64,000 bases of DNA. Source: an uncultured Candidatus Saccharibacteria bacterium (lineage in GTDB: Bacteria; Patescibacteriota; Minisyncoccia; Phycocordibacterales; JACOZG01). The notes under the pieces are model-generated. The model ran no database searches. It worked only from the letters and a program-made list of their open reading frames with translations, and was not told where the DNA came from. The translations under genes were made by a program, and so were the position numbers. The stretch is from NCBI GenBank assembly GCA_964361825.1, contig CAYICB010000002.1, forward strand, positions 5,845-69,844. The letters run 5' to 3'. Positions 8,901 through 17,592 of the stretch are shown here, one piece after another. Position 1 is the stretch's first letter. Every line of letters begins with the position of its first letter.

Positions 8901-9198
8901 AATTTTTATAACCCACGGCATTCTTGGCAAGCAGGGTAAGATGAAAGCGTTTGCTGTCGATATTAGCTTCTTTATCAAAGCGCGACCGCGCGGCCACATA
9001 AGCCTCCACGCCAACAATTGGCTTAATGCCCGCGCTTTGGCACTTTTTATAAAACTCAATCGCGCCATAGAGATTGCCGTGATCGGTGAGGGCGAGCGCT
9101 GGCAAACCGAGCTCCTTAGCTCGATCAACAAGATCATCAATCTTGGCCAGCCCATCAAGCAGGCTATAATGGCTGTGATTGTGAAGGTGGACAAACAT
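5944..9198 (-). CDS. dnaE: DNA polymerase III alpha subunit
   Basis: PHP HLHNHSHYSLLDG, RGSAAG, PDIDMDF, GFNKAHA, C-terminal OB fold. Confidence 0.97.
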   Translation of the reverse strand: MFVHLHNHSHYSLLDGLAKIDDLVDRAKELGLPALALTDHGNLYGAIEFYKKCQSAGIKPIVGVEAYVAARSRFDKEANIDSKRFHLTLLAKNAVGYKNLVKLVTKANLEGYYYKPRIDKELMREHHEGVICLSGCMASELSRAILARNYEEAKKIANEYREIFGPENYFIEIFHHPKIERYPELKEQAIKLAHELGIPLVATQDAHYLQPDDTKAHDTLVAIGTNTDADDNKRYTKAGDDFSLIDEATMREHFKDAPEAVDNTLKIAEACDLKLELGKWVFPKFQLTLAETPEEELRKFAESRLPEYLERNPDRKEEAATRLAYELEVIINKGYAPYFLVVADIFNFTRAQGIFTNTRGSAAGCFTSHLIGISSVDPLYYNLPFERFLNPDRPSPPDIDMDFADRRRDEVIDYVKKKYGEDHVAQIGTFGSMMARGAVRDVARALGHPYAVGDKISNLIPMGSQGFPMTIDHALEITPELKQLYDTDTATKEIIDLAKKIEGNARHISVHAAGVVISPTPLTDFVPLQFDPKGGKIITQFDMYVVEEAGLLKFDFLGIRNLSIIEGAIRIIEKTRGEKIDIEKIPLDDKKTFIMLTAGHTIGLFQLNGTGMTRALKELKPTRVEDINVMVALYRPGPMDNIYEYIARKHGKKPTKFLHPKMKSYLAPTFGVLVYQDDLLMTAIEVAGYNWGEVDKFRKAVGKKIPEEMKKQHVMFVEGCIKHSDLTKEKAEEIWNLFEPFQGYGFNKAHAASYGRVAYQTAYLKANYPGEYMTAALSAESGNIETIAEIISECKLLGIPVLPPDINESFSDFTVIKAPARVTHKDPDPRVPRADGDKISFGLLTIKNLGAEIAEVIVRERKTRGPFKSFSDLLERITHRNLNKKSLEALIKSGAMDCFSSPNSKAGERGTLLANLDAALEYNRERGKLGGNQDSLFSAMTDKASVPDFKLKPAPDISAKEKLAWEKELLGLYVSGHPLEEFREKIEAIGRSITKIKGLKDGTATVVAGVLEEIKLINTKKGDRMCFAKLTDFNDSIELVIFSRTFAECRELLEPEKCVAIKGKLSLRNGEPSLVVEGMKELTR
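6701..6739 (-). repeat. in-frame doublet element (degenerate AAGG-N5-CCTT x2, spacer AAAGACCCAGACCC)
   Basis: spacer matches the fmt element at 13/14 nt; encodes RVTHKDPDPRVP. Confidence 0.75.
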
Positions 9199-9257
9199 TG
9201 AGCCGATTATAGCAAATGTGCTAGGGTGATACAGGGCTTTTTGAAAGGAGGAAGGTT

Positions 9258-9674
9258 ATGCACGTTCACCACGAGGATTTACCTACGCGCGTTGGGATAA
9301 TCATGAGAAGACTCTTTGCTGGAGAATACCAGCTTTTATTTAAAGCTGGTAATGAATCGAAGATTTGGAGTATCCCCGAAGACATGATGAACGTAAACGA
9401 GACACCAAATGATGCGTTCTGGCGAATTCTCAAAACATTCACTGTGAACTGGGAACGCGAAACGGTGGTTTTTGAGAAGGTTGGCGATGTGAAAGCTTGG
9501 CCATTAAAAACAAGAAACACGCCCCTGTACCGACTCTATTTGGTTGAACCACTCCCACTGATTTCAAGCCACCAATGCTCTTTTTGTTTAAGTTGGCTTG
9601 GCGATCGGGAACTGAAAAACACGGGAGTCGAACTATCAAGCATCGTACCGCTGCTAACGACCAAATATCTTTGA
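9258..9674 (+). CDS. hypothetical protein, possible degenerate NUDIX fold
   Basis: AAGGAGG SD; WSIP......NETP.DA..R resembles a decayed Nudix box. Confidence 0.55.
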   Translation: MHVHHEDLPTRVGIIMRRLFAGEYQLLFKAGNESKIWSIPEDMMNVNETPNDAFWRILKTFTVNWERETVVFEKVGDVKAWPLKTRNTPLYRLYLVEPLPLISSHQCSFCLSWLGDRELKNTGVELSSIVPLLTTKYL

Positions 9675-9681
9675 GCCCCAC

Positions 9682-9713
9682 GGGTTGCCGCCAACGGCAA
9701 CCCTTATTTTTTT
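9682..9713 (+). terminator. intrinsic terminator
   Basis: GGGTTGCCG/CGGCAACCC stem plus T run. Confidence 0.75.
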
Positions 9714-9739
9714 GTAAAAAATAGGCTTAAAATACAGAG

Positions 9740-10330
9740 ATGAAATCCAAACACCTAGTTGGCATTGATGAAGCGGGGCGGGGGCCGCTCGCCGGGCCGG
9801 TGGCGGTTGGTGTAGTAACCACGAGGGGAACCCTCGTGGTAAAAAGGTGGCAAGGAATAAAGGATTCTAAACAACTAAGTGAAAAACAACGAGAAGCGTG
9901 GTTTGCTAAGCTGAAAACAGCAAAAATAGCTGGCGAAATAGACTTTGCCGTGGCTTTGGTGAGTAATAAAGTGATTGATCAGAAAGGAATAAATGTGGCG
10001 ATTAAGCTAGGAATTCGCCGGGTCACGGCAAGGATGCTCCTTGCCGCAAAAGATTGCTTGGTTTTGCTTGATGGTGGCCTCAAGGCACCGGCCGAGTTTG
10101 TAAACCAAAAAACCATCATTCGCGGCGATGAAAAAGAACCAATTATCGCTCTGGCCTCTATTGTGGCTAAGGTTACGCGCGACCACTTCATGCAAAAAAT
10201 GGCCCAAAAGTACCCAAATTACGGCTTCGAGGTTCATAAGGGTTATGGCACACTTTCGCATCGTCAGTCAATTAAAAACAATGGCCTTTCGCCTATCCAC
10301 CGAACTAGCTTTTTGAAGTCAAAATTTTAA
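9740..10330 (+). CDS. rnhB: ribonuclease HII
   Basis: GIDEAGRGPLAGPV, DSKQL, ASIVAKVTRD, HKGYGT. Confidence 0.95.
   Translation: MKSKHLVGIDEAGRGPLAGPVAVGVVTTRGTLVVKRWQGIKDSKQLSEKQREAWFAKLKTAKIAGEIDFAVALVSNKVIDQKGINVAIKLGIRRVTARMLLAAKDCLVLLDGGLKAPAEFVNQKTIIRGDEKEPIIALASIVAKVTRDHFMQKMAQKYPNYGFEVHKGYGTLSHRQSIKNNGLSPIHRTSFLKSKF
9818..9840. repeat. in-frame 23-bp palindrome ACCACGAGGG-GAA-CCCTCGTGGT
   Basis: perfect 10-bp arms; encodes TTRGTLVV. Confidence 0.75.
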
Positions 10331-10370
10331 CCTTTGACTTTTGCCTTTTAACTTGTTAGCATAGCGGCCT

Positions 10371-10598
10371 ATGGTAATTCGCATGCGACATACTCGGGCG
10401 CATACCGGCAATCGCCGGTCACATCATGCGCTCACCGGGCCACGCCTTTCTAAGTGCGCTAATTGTGCCGCGGAGCATTTGCGCCACCGTGTTTGCTTAT
10501 CTTGCGGTCATTATCGAGGTAAAATGATCATTGATGTGGCCGCCGCCGCTAAAAAATTGGCTGATAAAAAGAAGGCCAAATCAGCAACGGCAAAATAA
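10371..10598 (+). CDS. rpmF: 50S ribosomal protein L32
   Basis: RRSHHAL, CxxC...HRVCxxCGHYRG. Confidence 0.93.
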   Translation: MVIRMRHTRAHTGNRRSHHALTGPRLSKCANCAAEHLRHRVCLSCGHYRGKMIIDVAAAAKKLADKKKAKSATAK

Positions 10599-10659
10599 TC
10601 CCACCGAGAGTGGGTTGTTTTTCTTTTTTTGCTATAATGTTGGTAATTGAAAATTGATT

Positions 10660-11577
10660 ATGGCCAATCGGCACTTATCTAGAAGTCTTGCGATGCAATC
10701 TCTCTTCGAGTGGGACGAGCGCGGTGGCGAAACCAAGAAGTTGCCCGAGATTATTCAGGCCAATGTGGCCGAGTTTGCTCCGGGGATAGAAGATACTGAT
10801 TTTGTGGACCGTTTAGTGCAAGGAGTGGTGGCCAAACAAGCGGAGCTCGATGAGATTATTGAGAAAGCCGCTCCCGATTGGCCCATTAATCTTATCGCCC
10901 CAATTGACCGCAATGTACTCCGGATGGGTCTTTATGAACTTTTGTTTGCCGATCGCCACGAAGTGCCAGCAAAGGTGGCGATCAATGAAGCTATCGAGAT
11001 TGCTAAAACTTTCGGTGGAGAAAATAGCGGTAAATTTGTAAACGGCGTTCTCGGCACGGTGTATAAAGAGCTCGGCGAACCGGGTAAAGATGAGGTTCCC
11101 GCCAAGAAAAAGCGCCCCAAGGATGTGCCTTATGATGAAATGCCGATTGAGACGCTGGGTGGCGCGGTGGTGTATGCTCGTTTTGACGAAGAAATTAAAT
11201 TGGCAATGGTGCACGACATTTTTGGCTACTGGACGCTATCAAAAGGACGGATCGAAACTGGCGAAAAGGCCGAACAAGACACCGCAAAAAAAATCAAAGA
11301 AGAAATGGCTTTAGAGGTCAAGATTTTGGCTTCGCTTGGCACCAATGAATACATCGCTTCTGATCCCGAGCGGGGCAAAATTCGCAAACAAGTGAAATAC
11401 TTTTTGGCCGAAGCGCTTAATCCTACCGAAATTCATTTACCAAAAAAGGAGGAGAAGGGTGGTCTTGACGATGTGCGCTGGTTCCACTTGGCCGAAGTGC
11501 CGGATCTTAAGATGTATGATGACGTTTTACCTTTTGTGACCAAAGCGATCAAACAATTAAATGACGCCAAAAATTGA
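10660..11577 (+). CDS. nusB: NusB fused to a C-terminal NUDIX-like domain
   Basis: IDRNVLR, VAINEAIEIAKTFGG...FVNGVL; then WTLSKG.IE.GE...KEE. Confidence 0.9.
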   Translation: MANRHLSRSLAMQSLFEWDERGGETKKLPEIIQANVAEFAPGIEDTDFVDRLVQGVVAKQAELDEIIEKAAPDWPINLIAPIDRNVLRMGLYELLFADRHEVPAKVAINEAIEIAKTFGGENSGKFVNGVLGTVYKELGEPGKDEVPAKKKRPKDVPYDEMPIETLGGAVVYARFDEEIKLAMVHDIFGYWTLSKGRIETGEKAEQDTAKKIKEEMALEVKILASLGTNEYIASDPERGKIRKQVKYFLAEALNPTEIHLPKKEEKGGLDDVRWFHLAEVPDLKMYDDVLPFVTKAIKQLNDAKN

Positions 11578-12259
11578 GCAATTCGAAACAGTTTTGGGGT
11601 TAAAGTTTAAGAATCAGGCGCTTTTGGGCGAGGCGCTCGTTCATCGGTCTTATTTAAATGAGCACCGAAACTTTAGTTTGCCCCACAATGAACGGTTAGA
11701 ATTTTTGGGTGATGCCGTGCTCGAACTTGTGATTACCGACCACCTTTTCCGCCTGTATCCCAAAGAGAATGAAGGCGCGCTGACCGCTTACCGCGCGGCG
11801 CTGGTAAATGCCAATACGCTCGGGGAAATTGCGGCCGGACTCGGGGTCAATGATTATTTACTGCTCTCAAAGGGTGAGTCGCGCGACAATGGCCGAGCGA
11901 GGCAAGTAATTCTCGCCAATGCCATCGAGGCGATTATTGGGGCGATTTATCTCGACCAAGGTTACGAAGTGGCGGCCAGTTTTATTGGCCGGAATTTTTT
12001 CGATCAAGTGCCAAGCATCATTGCCGGTGAACGCTTCCGTGATGCTAAAAGCCTCTTCCAAGAACGCGCGCAGGAAAAAGAAAACACTACTCCCGTTTAT
12101 CGCGTTTTGGGAGAAAATGGTCCCGATCACGAAAAAACCTTTACCGTCGGTCTTTACTTGGTAGAAGAAAAAGTGGCTGAAGGCACGGGTCACTCCAAAC
12201 AAGAGGCCGAGCAAGCGGCGGCCGCCGCCGGACTCTTGGTAAAAAACTGGGGAAAATAA
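11561..12259 (+). CDS. rnc: ribonuclease III
   Basis: NERLEFLGDAVL signature and dsRBD. Confidence 0.97.
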   Translation: MTPKIEQFETVLGLKFKNQALLGEALVHRSYLNEHRNFSLPHNERLEFLGDAVLELVITDHLFRLYPKENEGALTAYRAALVNANTLGEIAAGLGVNDYLLLSKGESRDNGRARQVILANAIEAIIGAIYLDQGYEVAASFIGRNFFDQVPSIIAGERFRDAKSLFQERAQEKENTTPVYRVLGENGPDHEKTFTVGLYLVEEKVAEGTGHSKQEAEQAAAAAGLLVKNWGK

Positions 12260-12265
12260 GAGCGT

Positions 12266-14407
12266 ATGCGCCTCAAATCTCTCGAGCTCACCGGTTTTAA
12301 ATCGTTTAGTAAGAAAACGGTTTTAATTTTTGACTCTGCTGTCACCGCCGTGGTGGGTCCTAATGGCTCAGGGAAAAGTAATGTGGCCGAGGCTTTTCGT
12401 TGGGTTTTGGGCGAACAATCGCTCAAATCTTTGCGCGGCAAACGCGGTGAGGACTTAATTTGGAATGGTTCCCAAGGCGCGCCCCGAGCAATTCGAGCTA
12501 GTGTTACGGTAACCTTCGATAATCGCGACAAGAAATTTAATGTTGCCTACGATGAAGTAAAAATTGAGCGCGTAGTGCATCGCGACGGCTTGAATGACTA
12601 TCTTTTGAACGGCACGGCGGTGCGCCTAAAAGATATTTTAGAACTTTTAGCGGGGGCTTCGCTTGGTTCTTCGGGCCATCATATTATCCGCCAAGGCGAG
12701 GCCGACCGCGTGCTGGAGTCGAGCGCCGCCGAACGACGAGAATTACTCGAAGACGCCTTTGGTTTGCGTCTGTATCAATGGAAAATTGCCGAAAGCGAGA
12801 AGAAACTAGAGAAAACTGAAGATAATTTAAAACAAGTGGCCTCGCTCCGGCGTGAACTTGCGCCACATTTGAAATATCTCGAGCGCGAGATGGAAAAAAT
12901 TAAGCGAGCCGAAAGTTTGCGCGTAGAACTAAAGGAATTTTATGAAATTTATTTAGCAACCGAGAAAGCGTATTTGGCCCAAGGCGCCTTCGCTCTAGAA
13001 AGTGAGCTTCGGCGACCCAAGGGCGAATTGCATGAAGTAGAAACAAAATTAAATCACTTGAGTCGCGAGGAGGTGAAGGTGGATGAGCGGGCGCTGGATG
13101 AAAAAAGACGCGCGCGGGAAATAATTTCGCGAGATTTAGGCCGGATTGAAGGCTTAATTGAGGCGAGGCGAATGCCGATGGCTTTGCCAAGAGCCACAGA
13201 AGCTATTACTAAAAGTCGCGTCGAAGAATTGTTTGGGCGTTTGGAAACTTGGCTTGCTGAAGCGGAGACGAGCAAAATCGTCGAAGTTTGGCAAGAAATT
13301 GGAGGGAGAATTAAACGAGCGCTAAAAGAATTTTGGCATCCGCCAGCTAGCGGAGCCGCACCAACCGAAGACAGAACAGCAGAAATTAAGGATTTGGAGA
13401 ACGAGCAGGAGAAATTAGAGAAAGAACGGGCCGAGCTCGAAACAGAAATTAGCACTTTACTTGAGCGGGCTAAAACCGTAAATGAGGCTGAGAAAGAAGT
13501 GTTTGCCCTGCGTTTACGAAAAAATGAACTCATGAGTGAGTTGGCGACACTGAAGATGAAAGAAGAAAGATTGGCGCTCGAGAAAAATCACTTCACAACC
13601 ATGCTCGCCGAGGCCAAGAATTTGCTCGGTGGCATTCTTGGTGAGGGGAAAATTGAAGATATTAATGATCGCGCGGCTCAAGAAGTGGCGCGACGAGAAA
13701 TCGAGAAAAGAAAACTTAGACTCGAAGACCTCGGAGTCGAGAGTGGCGATACAGTGAAGGAATATAAGGAAACTGTGGCGCGCGATGAGCACTTGGCCAA
13801 GGAGATTACGGATCTGGAGGCCAGTGGCGCGAGTTTGCGCCAAATTATTGAAGAATTGCAAATCAGGATTGATCGCGAATTCCGCGAAGGTCTCGCCAAA
13901 ACCAATCAGGAATTCCAAAAGTTCTTCGCCCTCATGTTTGGCGGCGGCACAGCTGAATTAATTTTAACTAAACCACCTAGGGCCAAGCGCGATGACCTTG
14001 AACTTACGGCTGAAATACCTAGCCTAAACAGCGAAACGCCGTCGGCCAAAGAAGAAGGTGTTGATATTAATTTGAGCCTGCCACGCAAGAAAATCCGCGG
14101 GCTCGAGATGCTCTCGGGTGGCGAACGCTCGCTCACCGCTATTTCGCTCCTCTTCGCGCTCTCGCAGGTTAACCCGCCGCCCTTCATGATTCTCGACGAA
14201 ACCGACGCCGCTCTCGACGAGGCCAACTCGCGCAAATATGGCGACTTGGTTGAACAACTAGCCCAACACTCGCAACTCATTCTCATTACCCATAATCGCG
14301 AAACAATGTCGCGCGCTTCCGTCCTCTACGGCGTGACCATGGGCGGCGACGGTGCCTCCCGCCTCCTCTCCATCAAACTCGACGACGCGATGGGGTATGC
14401 GAAGTGA
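12266..14407 (+). CDS. smc: short SMC-family ATPase (713 aa)
   Basis: GFKSF, GPNGSGKSN, LSGGE, LDETDAALD, ITH; coiled coils. Confidence 0.9.
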   Translation: MRLKSLELTGFKSFSKKTVLIFDSAVTAVVGPNGSGKSNVAEAFRWVLGEQSLKSLRGKRGEDLIWNGSQGAPRAIRASVTVTFDNRDKKFNVAYDEVKIERVVHRDGLNDYLLNGTAVRLKDILELLAGASLGSSGHHIIRQGEADRVLESSAAERRELLEDAFGLRLYQWKIAESEKKLEKTEDNLKQVASLRRELAPHLKYLEREMEKIKRAESLRVELKEFYEIYLATEKAYLAQGAFALESELRRPKGELHEVETKLNHLSREEVKVDERALDEKRRAREIISRDLGRIEGLIEARRMPMALPRATEAITKSRVEELFGRLETWLAEAETSKIVEVWQEIGGRIKRALKEFWHPPASGAAPTEDRTAEIKDLENEQEKLEKERAELETEISTLLERAKTVNEAEKEVFALRLRKNELMSELATLKMKEERLALEKNHFTTMLAEAKNLLGGILGEGKIEDINDRAAQEVARREIEKRKLRLEDLGVESGDTVKEYKETVARDEHLAKEITDLEASGASLRQIIEELQIRIDREFREGLAKTNQEFQKFFALMFGGGTAELILTKPPRAKRDDLELTAEIPSLNSETPSAKEEGVDINLSLPRKKIRGLEMLSGGERSLTAISLLFALSQVNPPPFMILDETDAALDEANSRKYGDLVEQLAQHSQLILITHNRETMSRASVLYGVTMGGDGASRLLSIKLDDAMGYAK

Positions 14408-14441
14408 TTTTTTCTTGCTCAAAAGTTTTTGCTAGGTACAA

Positions 14442-14464
14442 TGTTGAACATCGGATGTTCAACA
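14442..14464. repeat. REP-like palindrome, copy 4 (between -10 box and start of MGMT gene)
   Basis: identical to 5207-5229. Confidence 0.95.
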
Positions 14465-14465
14465 A

Positions 14466-14729
14466 ATGAAAACAAAAAGTTTTAAGGAAAAGGTGTTTGC
14501 GGTGGTGGGTAAAATTCCGAAAGGGAAGGTGCTAACTTACAAACAGGTTGCGGAAAGAGCCGGTTCGCCCAGAGCGGCGCGGGCAGTGGGGAGTATTTTG
14601 AAAAACAATTTTGATCCTGCGATCCCGTGTCATCGGGTTATTCGCTCTGATGGGGGAATGGGCGGTTACAATCGCGGCGGCAAAAACAAAAAATTAGAAA
14701 TTTTGAAAAAAGAAGGGGCGAGAGTATAA
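14466..14729 (+). CDS. MGMT/Ogt-family O6-alkylguanine-DNA alkyltransferase (single domain)
   Basis: IPKGKVLTY, ARAVG, PCHRV. Confidence 0.9.
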   Translation: MKTKSFKEKVFAVVGKIPKGKVLTYKQVAERAGSPRAARAVGSILKNNFDPAIPCHRVIRSDGGMGGYNRGGKNKKLEILKKEGARV

Positions 14730-14737
14730 TCGGGCAA

Positions 14738-17473
14738 ATGGCGCCAAAGAAAAAAGCGAAAAAGAAGGCTTATTTGCTGGTGGAATTCCCGTACCCCTCC
14801 GGCGAGGGTTTGCATGTGGGCCATGTGCGGAGCTACACCGCGATGGATATTGTGGCCCGCAAACGGCGACTGCAAGGCGAGGAAGTGATGTTCCCGATGG
14901 GTTGGGACGCCTTTGGTTTGCCGGCCGAGAATTATGCGATTAAAACTGGTGTGAATCCGGCCATTACCACCAAAAAAAATATTGCTAACTTCAAACGGCA
15001 AATGAAGTCACTTGGACTCTCCTTCGACTGGTCGCGAGAGGTAAACACCACGGATCCAAATTATTATAAATGGACGCAGTGGCTCTTTTTGCAATTTTAC
15101 AAAAACGGCCTCGCTTACAAAGCGAAGTCAGAGATTAATTGGTGCCCGAAAGATAAAATCGGCCTAGCCAATGAAGAAGCGATTGGTGGTATTTGTGAGC
15201 GTTGCGGGACAAAAACAGAAAAGAAGGAAAAGGAGCAATGGATGCTCGCGATTACCAAATACGCCGACCAGCTCGATCGCGATCTCGACCTTGTGGATTA
15301 TCCCGAATCAGTAAAGGCGCAACAAAAAAATTGGATAGGAAAAAGTGAGGGCTGGGAGATTGGGTTCGACAATATTAAAATCTTCACCACGCGCCCCGAC
15401 ACTATTTTCGGCGCAACTTTTATCGCTGTGGCCCCAGAAGTGGCTAAGAAATTAACCGGAAAAGATTTTGGGATTAAAGTTGATAATGATCGAGAAAATA
15501 AAGAAAAACTTGGTGTTGATACTGGTTTGCGAGTGAAGAATCCCGCGAACGGGGAAATGTTACCAGTTTGGGCCGTTAATTATGTCTCGGCCGATTACGG
15601 CACCGGCGCGATTATGGGCGTGCCCGCCCACGATGAACGCGATTTCGAATTTGCCAAGAAATATAATTTGCCGATTAGGCAGGTAATTATGCCGAGCCTC
15701 ATCCATGAATCCAACCCACCATTAGAAGGAAAAGAAAACACTTTTCGCAAGGTGGTTCTCTCGATCGTATACAATCCAAAAACAAAAAAATATTTAACCC
15801 TCAAGTGGAAAAAACAACCGTGGGTCTCGTTTGTGACCGGTGGAGTGGAAGACGGAGAAAACCACGCGGAAGCAGCGGCGAGAGAAATCACAGAAGAAAC
15901 AGGGTATAAAAATGTCCGCCTCGTGCGTAGTTTTGGAATGACTGAGGCCTACTTTTTTGCCGCGCACAAAAATGTAAATCGCCGAACGAACGCTGAACAC
16001 TTCCTTTTCGAACTCGTAGATGATACTCAAGAAAAAATTTCGCCCGAAGAGCAGGAACAATATGATTTACAATGGTTATCTTTTGCCGAACTTAAGACAA
16101 TAAATTTGCAACATGCTGAAACAGCAATGCTTCTTCGGCGCATTGAAACTGGGCAAGACTTTTTCTCTGATTCGGGTCGCCTTTTCAATTCTGGTAAATT
16201 CAACGACCTAATGTCCGATGAAGCCAAAAATCAAATTGCAAAAGAGGTGGGCGCAAAGGCGGTGACAACACACAAACTCCGTGATTGGGTGTTTTCGCGA
16301 CAGCGCTACTGGGGTGAACCGATTCCGATGATTTATTGCGAAAAATGCGCCCTAAACGATTCCGTCGGGCAAGGTTGGCAACCGGTGCCGGAGAAAGATT
16401 TGCCAGTGAAATTGCCAAAGGTAGATAAGTATCAGCCGACGGATAATGGCGAATCGCCGCTCGCGAATATCAAAAAGTTTACAGAAGTGAAATGCCCCAA
16501 GTGTAAAAGCGCGGCGCGACGAGAGACCGACACCATGCCCAATTGGGCCGGCTCGAGTTGGTATTATTTGCGTTACATCGACCCAAAAAACAAAAAAGAA
16601 TTTGCGAGCAAGAAAAAACTTGAAAGCTGGCTTCCGATAGATTGGTACAATGGCGGCATGGAGCACACCACGCTCCACCTGCTCTACTCGCGCTTCTGGC
16701 ATAAGTTTTTATACGACCAAAAACTGGTTCCAACCTCCGAACCTTATACCAAACGCACTTCGCACGGCGTTATTTTGGCTCAAGATGGCGAGAAAATGAG
16801 CAAATCGCGTGGCAATGTAATTAATCCGGATGACATTGTGAAGCTTTACGGCGCCGATGCCCTGCGTCTCTACGAAATGTTTATGGGCCCCTTCGAGCAA
16901 GCGGTATCGTGGCAAACGGGGAGTATTATTGGGGTGAAGCGGTTTTTAGAGAGAGTAGAAAGAGTAAATTCAAAAGGCAAAAGGCAAAAGTCAAAAGGAC
17001 AAGGCAAAAGTCAAAAGTTGGAGATTTTACTCAACCAGTGCGCGAAGAAAGTGAGCGATGATATTGAGGCGATGCGCTTCAACACCGCCGTGAGTTCGCT
17101 AATGATTGCGCTTAATGAGCTCGAAAAAGCCGAGAAAATTCCAGCGAAGGTGTGGGAAACTTTCTTAATCTTACTTTCACCCTTTGCCCCGTTCTTAACC
17201 AAAAAACTGTTGGGTAAAAGTGCCTCGCACCGCGGAGCCTCGGCGAAGTGGTGGCCCAAATATGACCCGAGTCTGGTTGCCGAAGAAAAGAAAACGCTCT
17301 CCGTACAAATTAATGGCAAAATGCGAGGAATTCTTGAGGTTACCGGCACCGAAACCGAGGCCGAAATTATCAACCTTGCCGAGCAAGACCCCAATCTCGC
17401 CAAGTGGTTTGCCGGTAAACCCCGGAAAAAAGCCATCTACCAACCGGGTAGATTTATTAATCTGATTATTTAA
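14738..17473 (+). CDS. leuS: leucine--tRNA ligase with inserted NUDIX domain
   Basis: PYPSG.GLHVGH, GWDAFGLPAEN, KMSKS; internal GGVEDGENHAEAAAREITEETG. Confidence 0.96.
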   Translation: MAPKKKAKKKAYLLVEFPYPSGEGLHVGHVRSYTAMDIVARKRRLQGEEVMFPMGWDAFGLPAENYAIKTGVNPAITTKKNIANFKRQMKSLGLSFDWSREVNTTDPNYYKWTQWLFLQFYKNGLAYKAKSEINWCPKDKIGLANEEAIGGICERCGTKTEKKEKEQWMLAITKYADQLDRDLDLVDYPESVKAQQKNWIGKSEGWEIGFDNIKIFTTRPDTIFGATFIAVAPEVAKKLTGKDFGIKVDNDRENKEKLGVDTGLRVKNPANGEMLPVWAVNYVSADYGTGAIMGVPAHDERDFEFAKKYNLPIRQVIMPSLIHESNPPLEGKENTFRKVVLSIVYNPKTKKYLTLKWKKQPWVSFVTGGVEDGENHAEAAAREITEETGYKNVRLVRSFGMTEAYFFAAHKNVNRRTNAEHFLFELVDDTQEKISPEEQEQYDLQWLSFAELKTINLQHAETAMLLRRIETGQDFFSDSGRLFNSGKFNDLMSDEAKNQIAKEVGAKAVTTHKLRDWVFSRQRYWGEPIPMIYCEKCALNDSVGQGWQPVPEKDLPVKLPKVDKYQPTDNGESPLANIKKFTEVKCPKCKSAARRETDTMPNWAGSSWYYLRYIDPKNKKEFASKKKLESWLPIDWYNGGMEHTTLHLLYSRFWHKFLYDQKLVPTSEPYTKRTSHGVILAQDGEKMSKSRGNVINPDDIVKLYGADALRLYEMFMGPFEQAVSWQTGSIIGVKRFLERVERVNSKGKRQKSKGQGKSQKLEILLNQCAKKVSDDIEAMRFNTAVSSLMIALNELEKAEKIPAKVWETFLILLSPFAPFLTKKLLGKSASHRGASAKWWPKYDPSLVAEEKKTLSVQINGKMRGILEVTGTETEAEIINLAEQDPNLAKWFAGKPRKKAIYQPGRFINLII
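16971..17018 (+). repeat. in-frame 7-mer tandem array CAAAAG(G/T)
   Basis: six full units and one partial; encodes SKGKRQKSKGQGKSQK. Confidence 0.8.
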
Positions 17474-17516
17474 TTTGTAGCAGATAAGAACGATCGTTCG
17501 AATCTGTTGCAAATTC

Positions 17517-17576
17517 AAAAAACAAAAAAATAGCCGTCAGTTGGAATTGCTTCCAACTGACCGGTTTTTGTTGTTT
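17517..17576. terminator. bidirectional terminator
   Basis: A run, TCAGTTGGAA/TTCCAACTGA stem, T run. Confidence 0.7.
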
Positions 17577-17592
17577 CGAAAAACACCCGAGT

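Noticed and set aside
6562-9201. Long antisense or alternate-frame ORFs over dnaE (likewise over smc, leuS, dnaK, mreB)
   Set aside because: Shadow ORFs of well-supported genes, with no motifs or start signals.
17488-17499. GAAC-N4-GTTC as a Gram-positive-type LexA box
   Set aside because: It lies between convergent 3' ends, not in a promoter.
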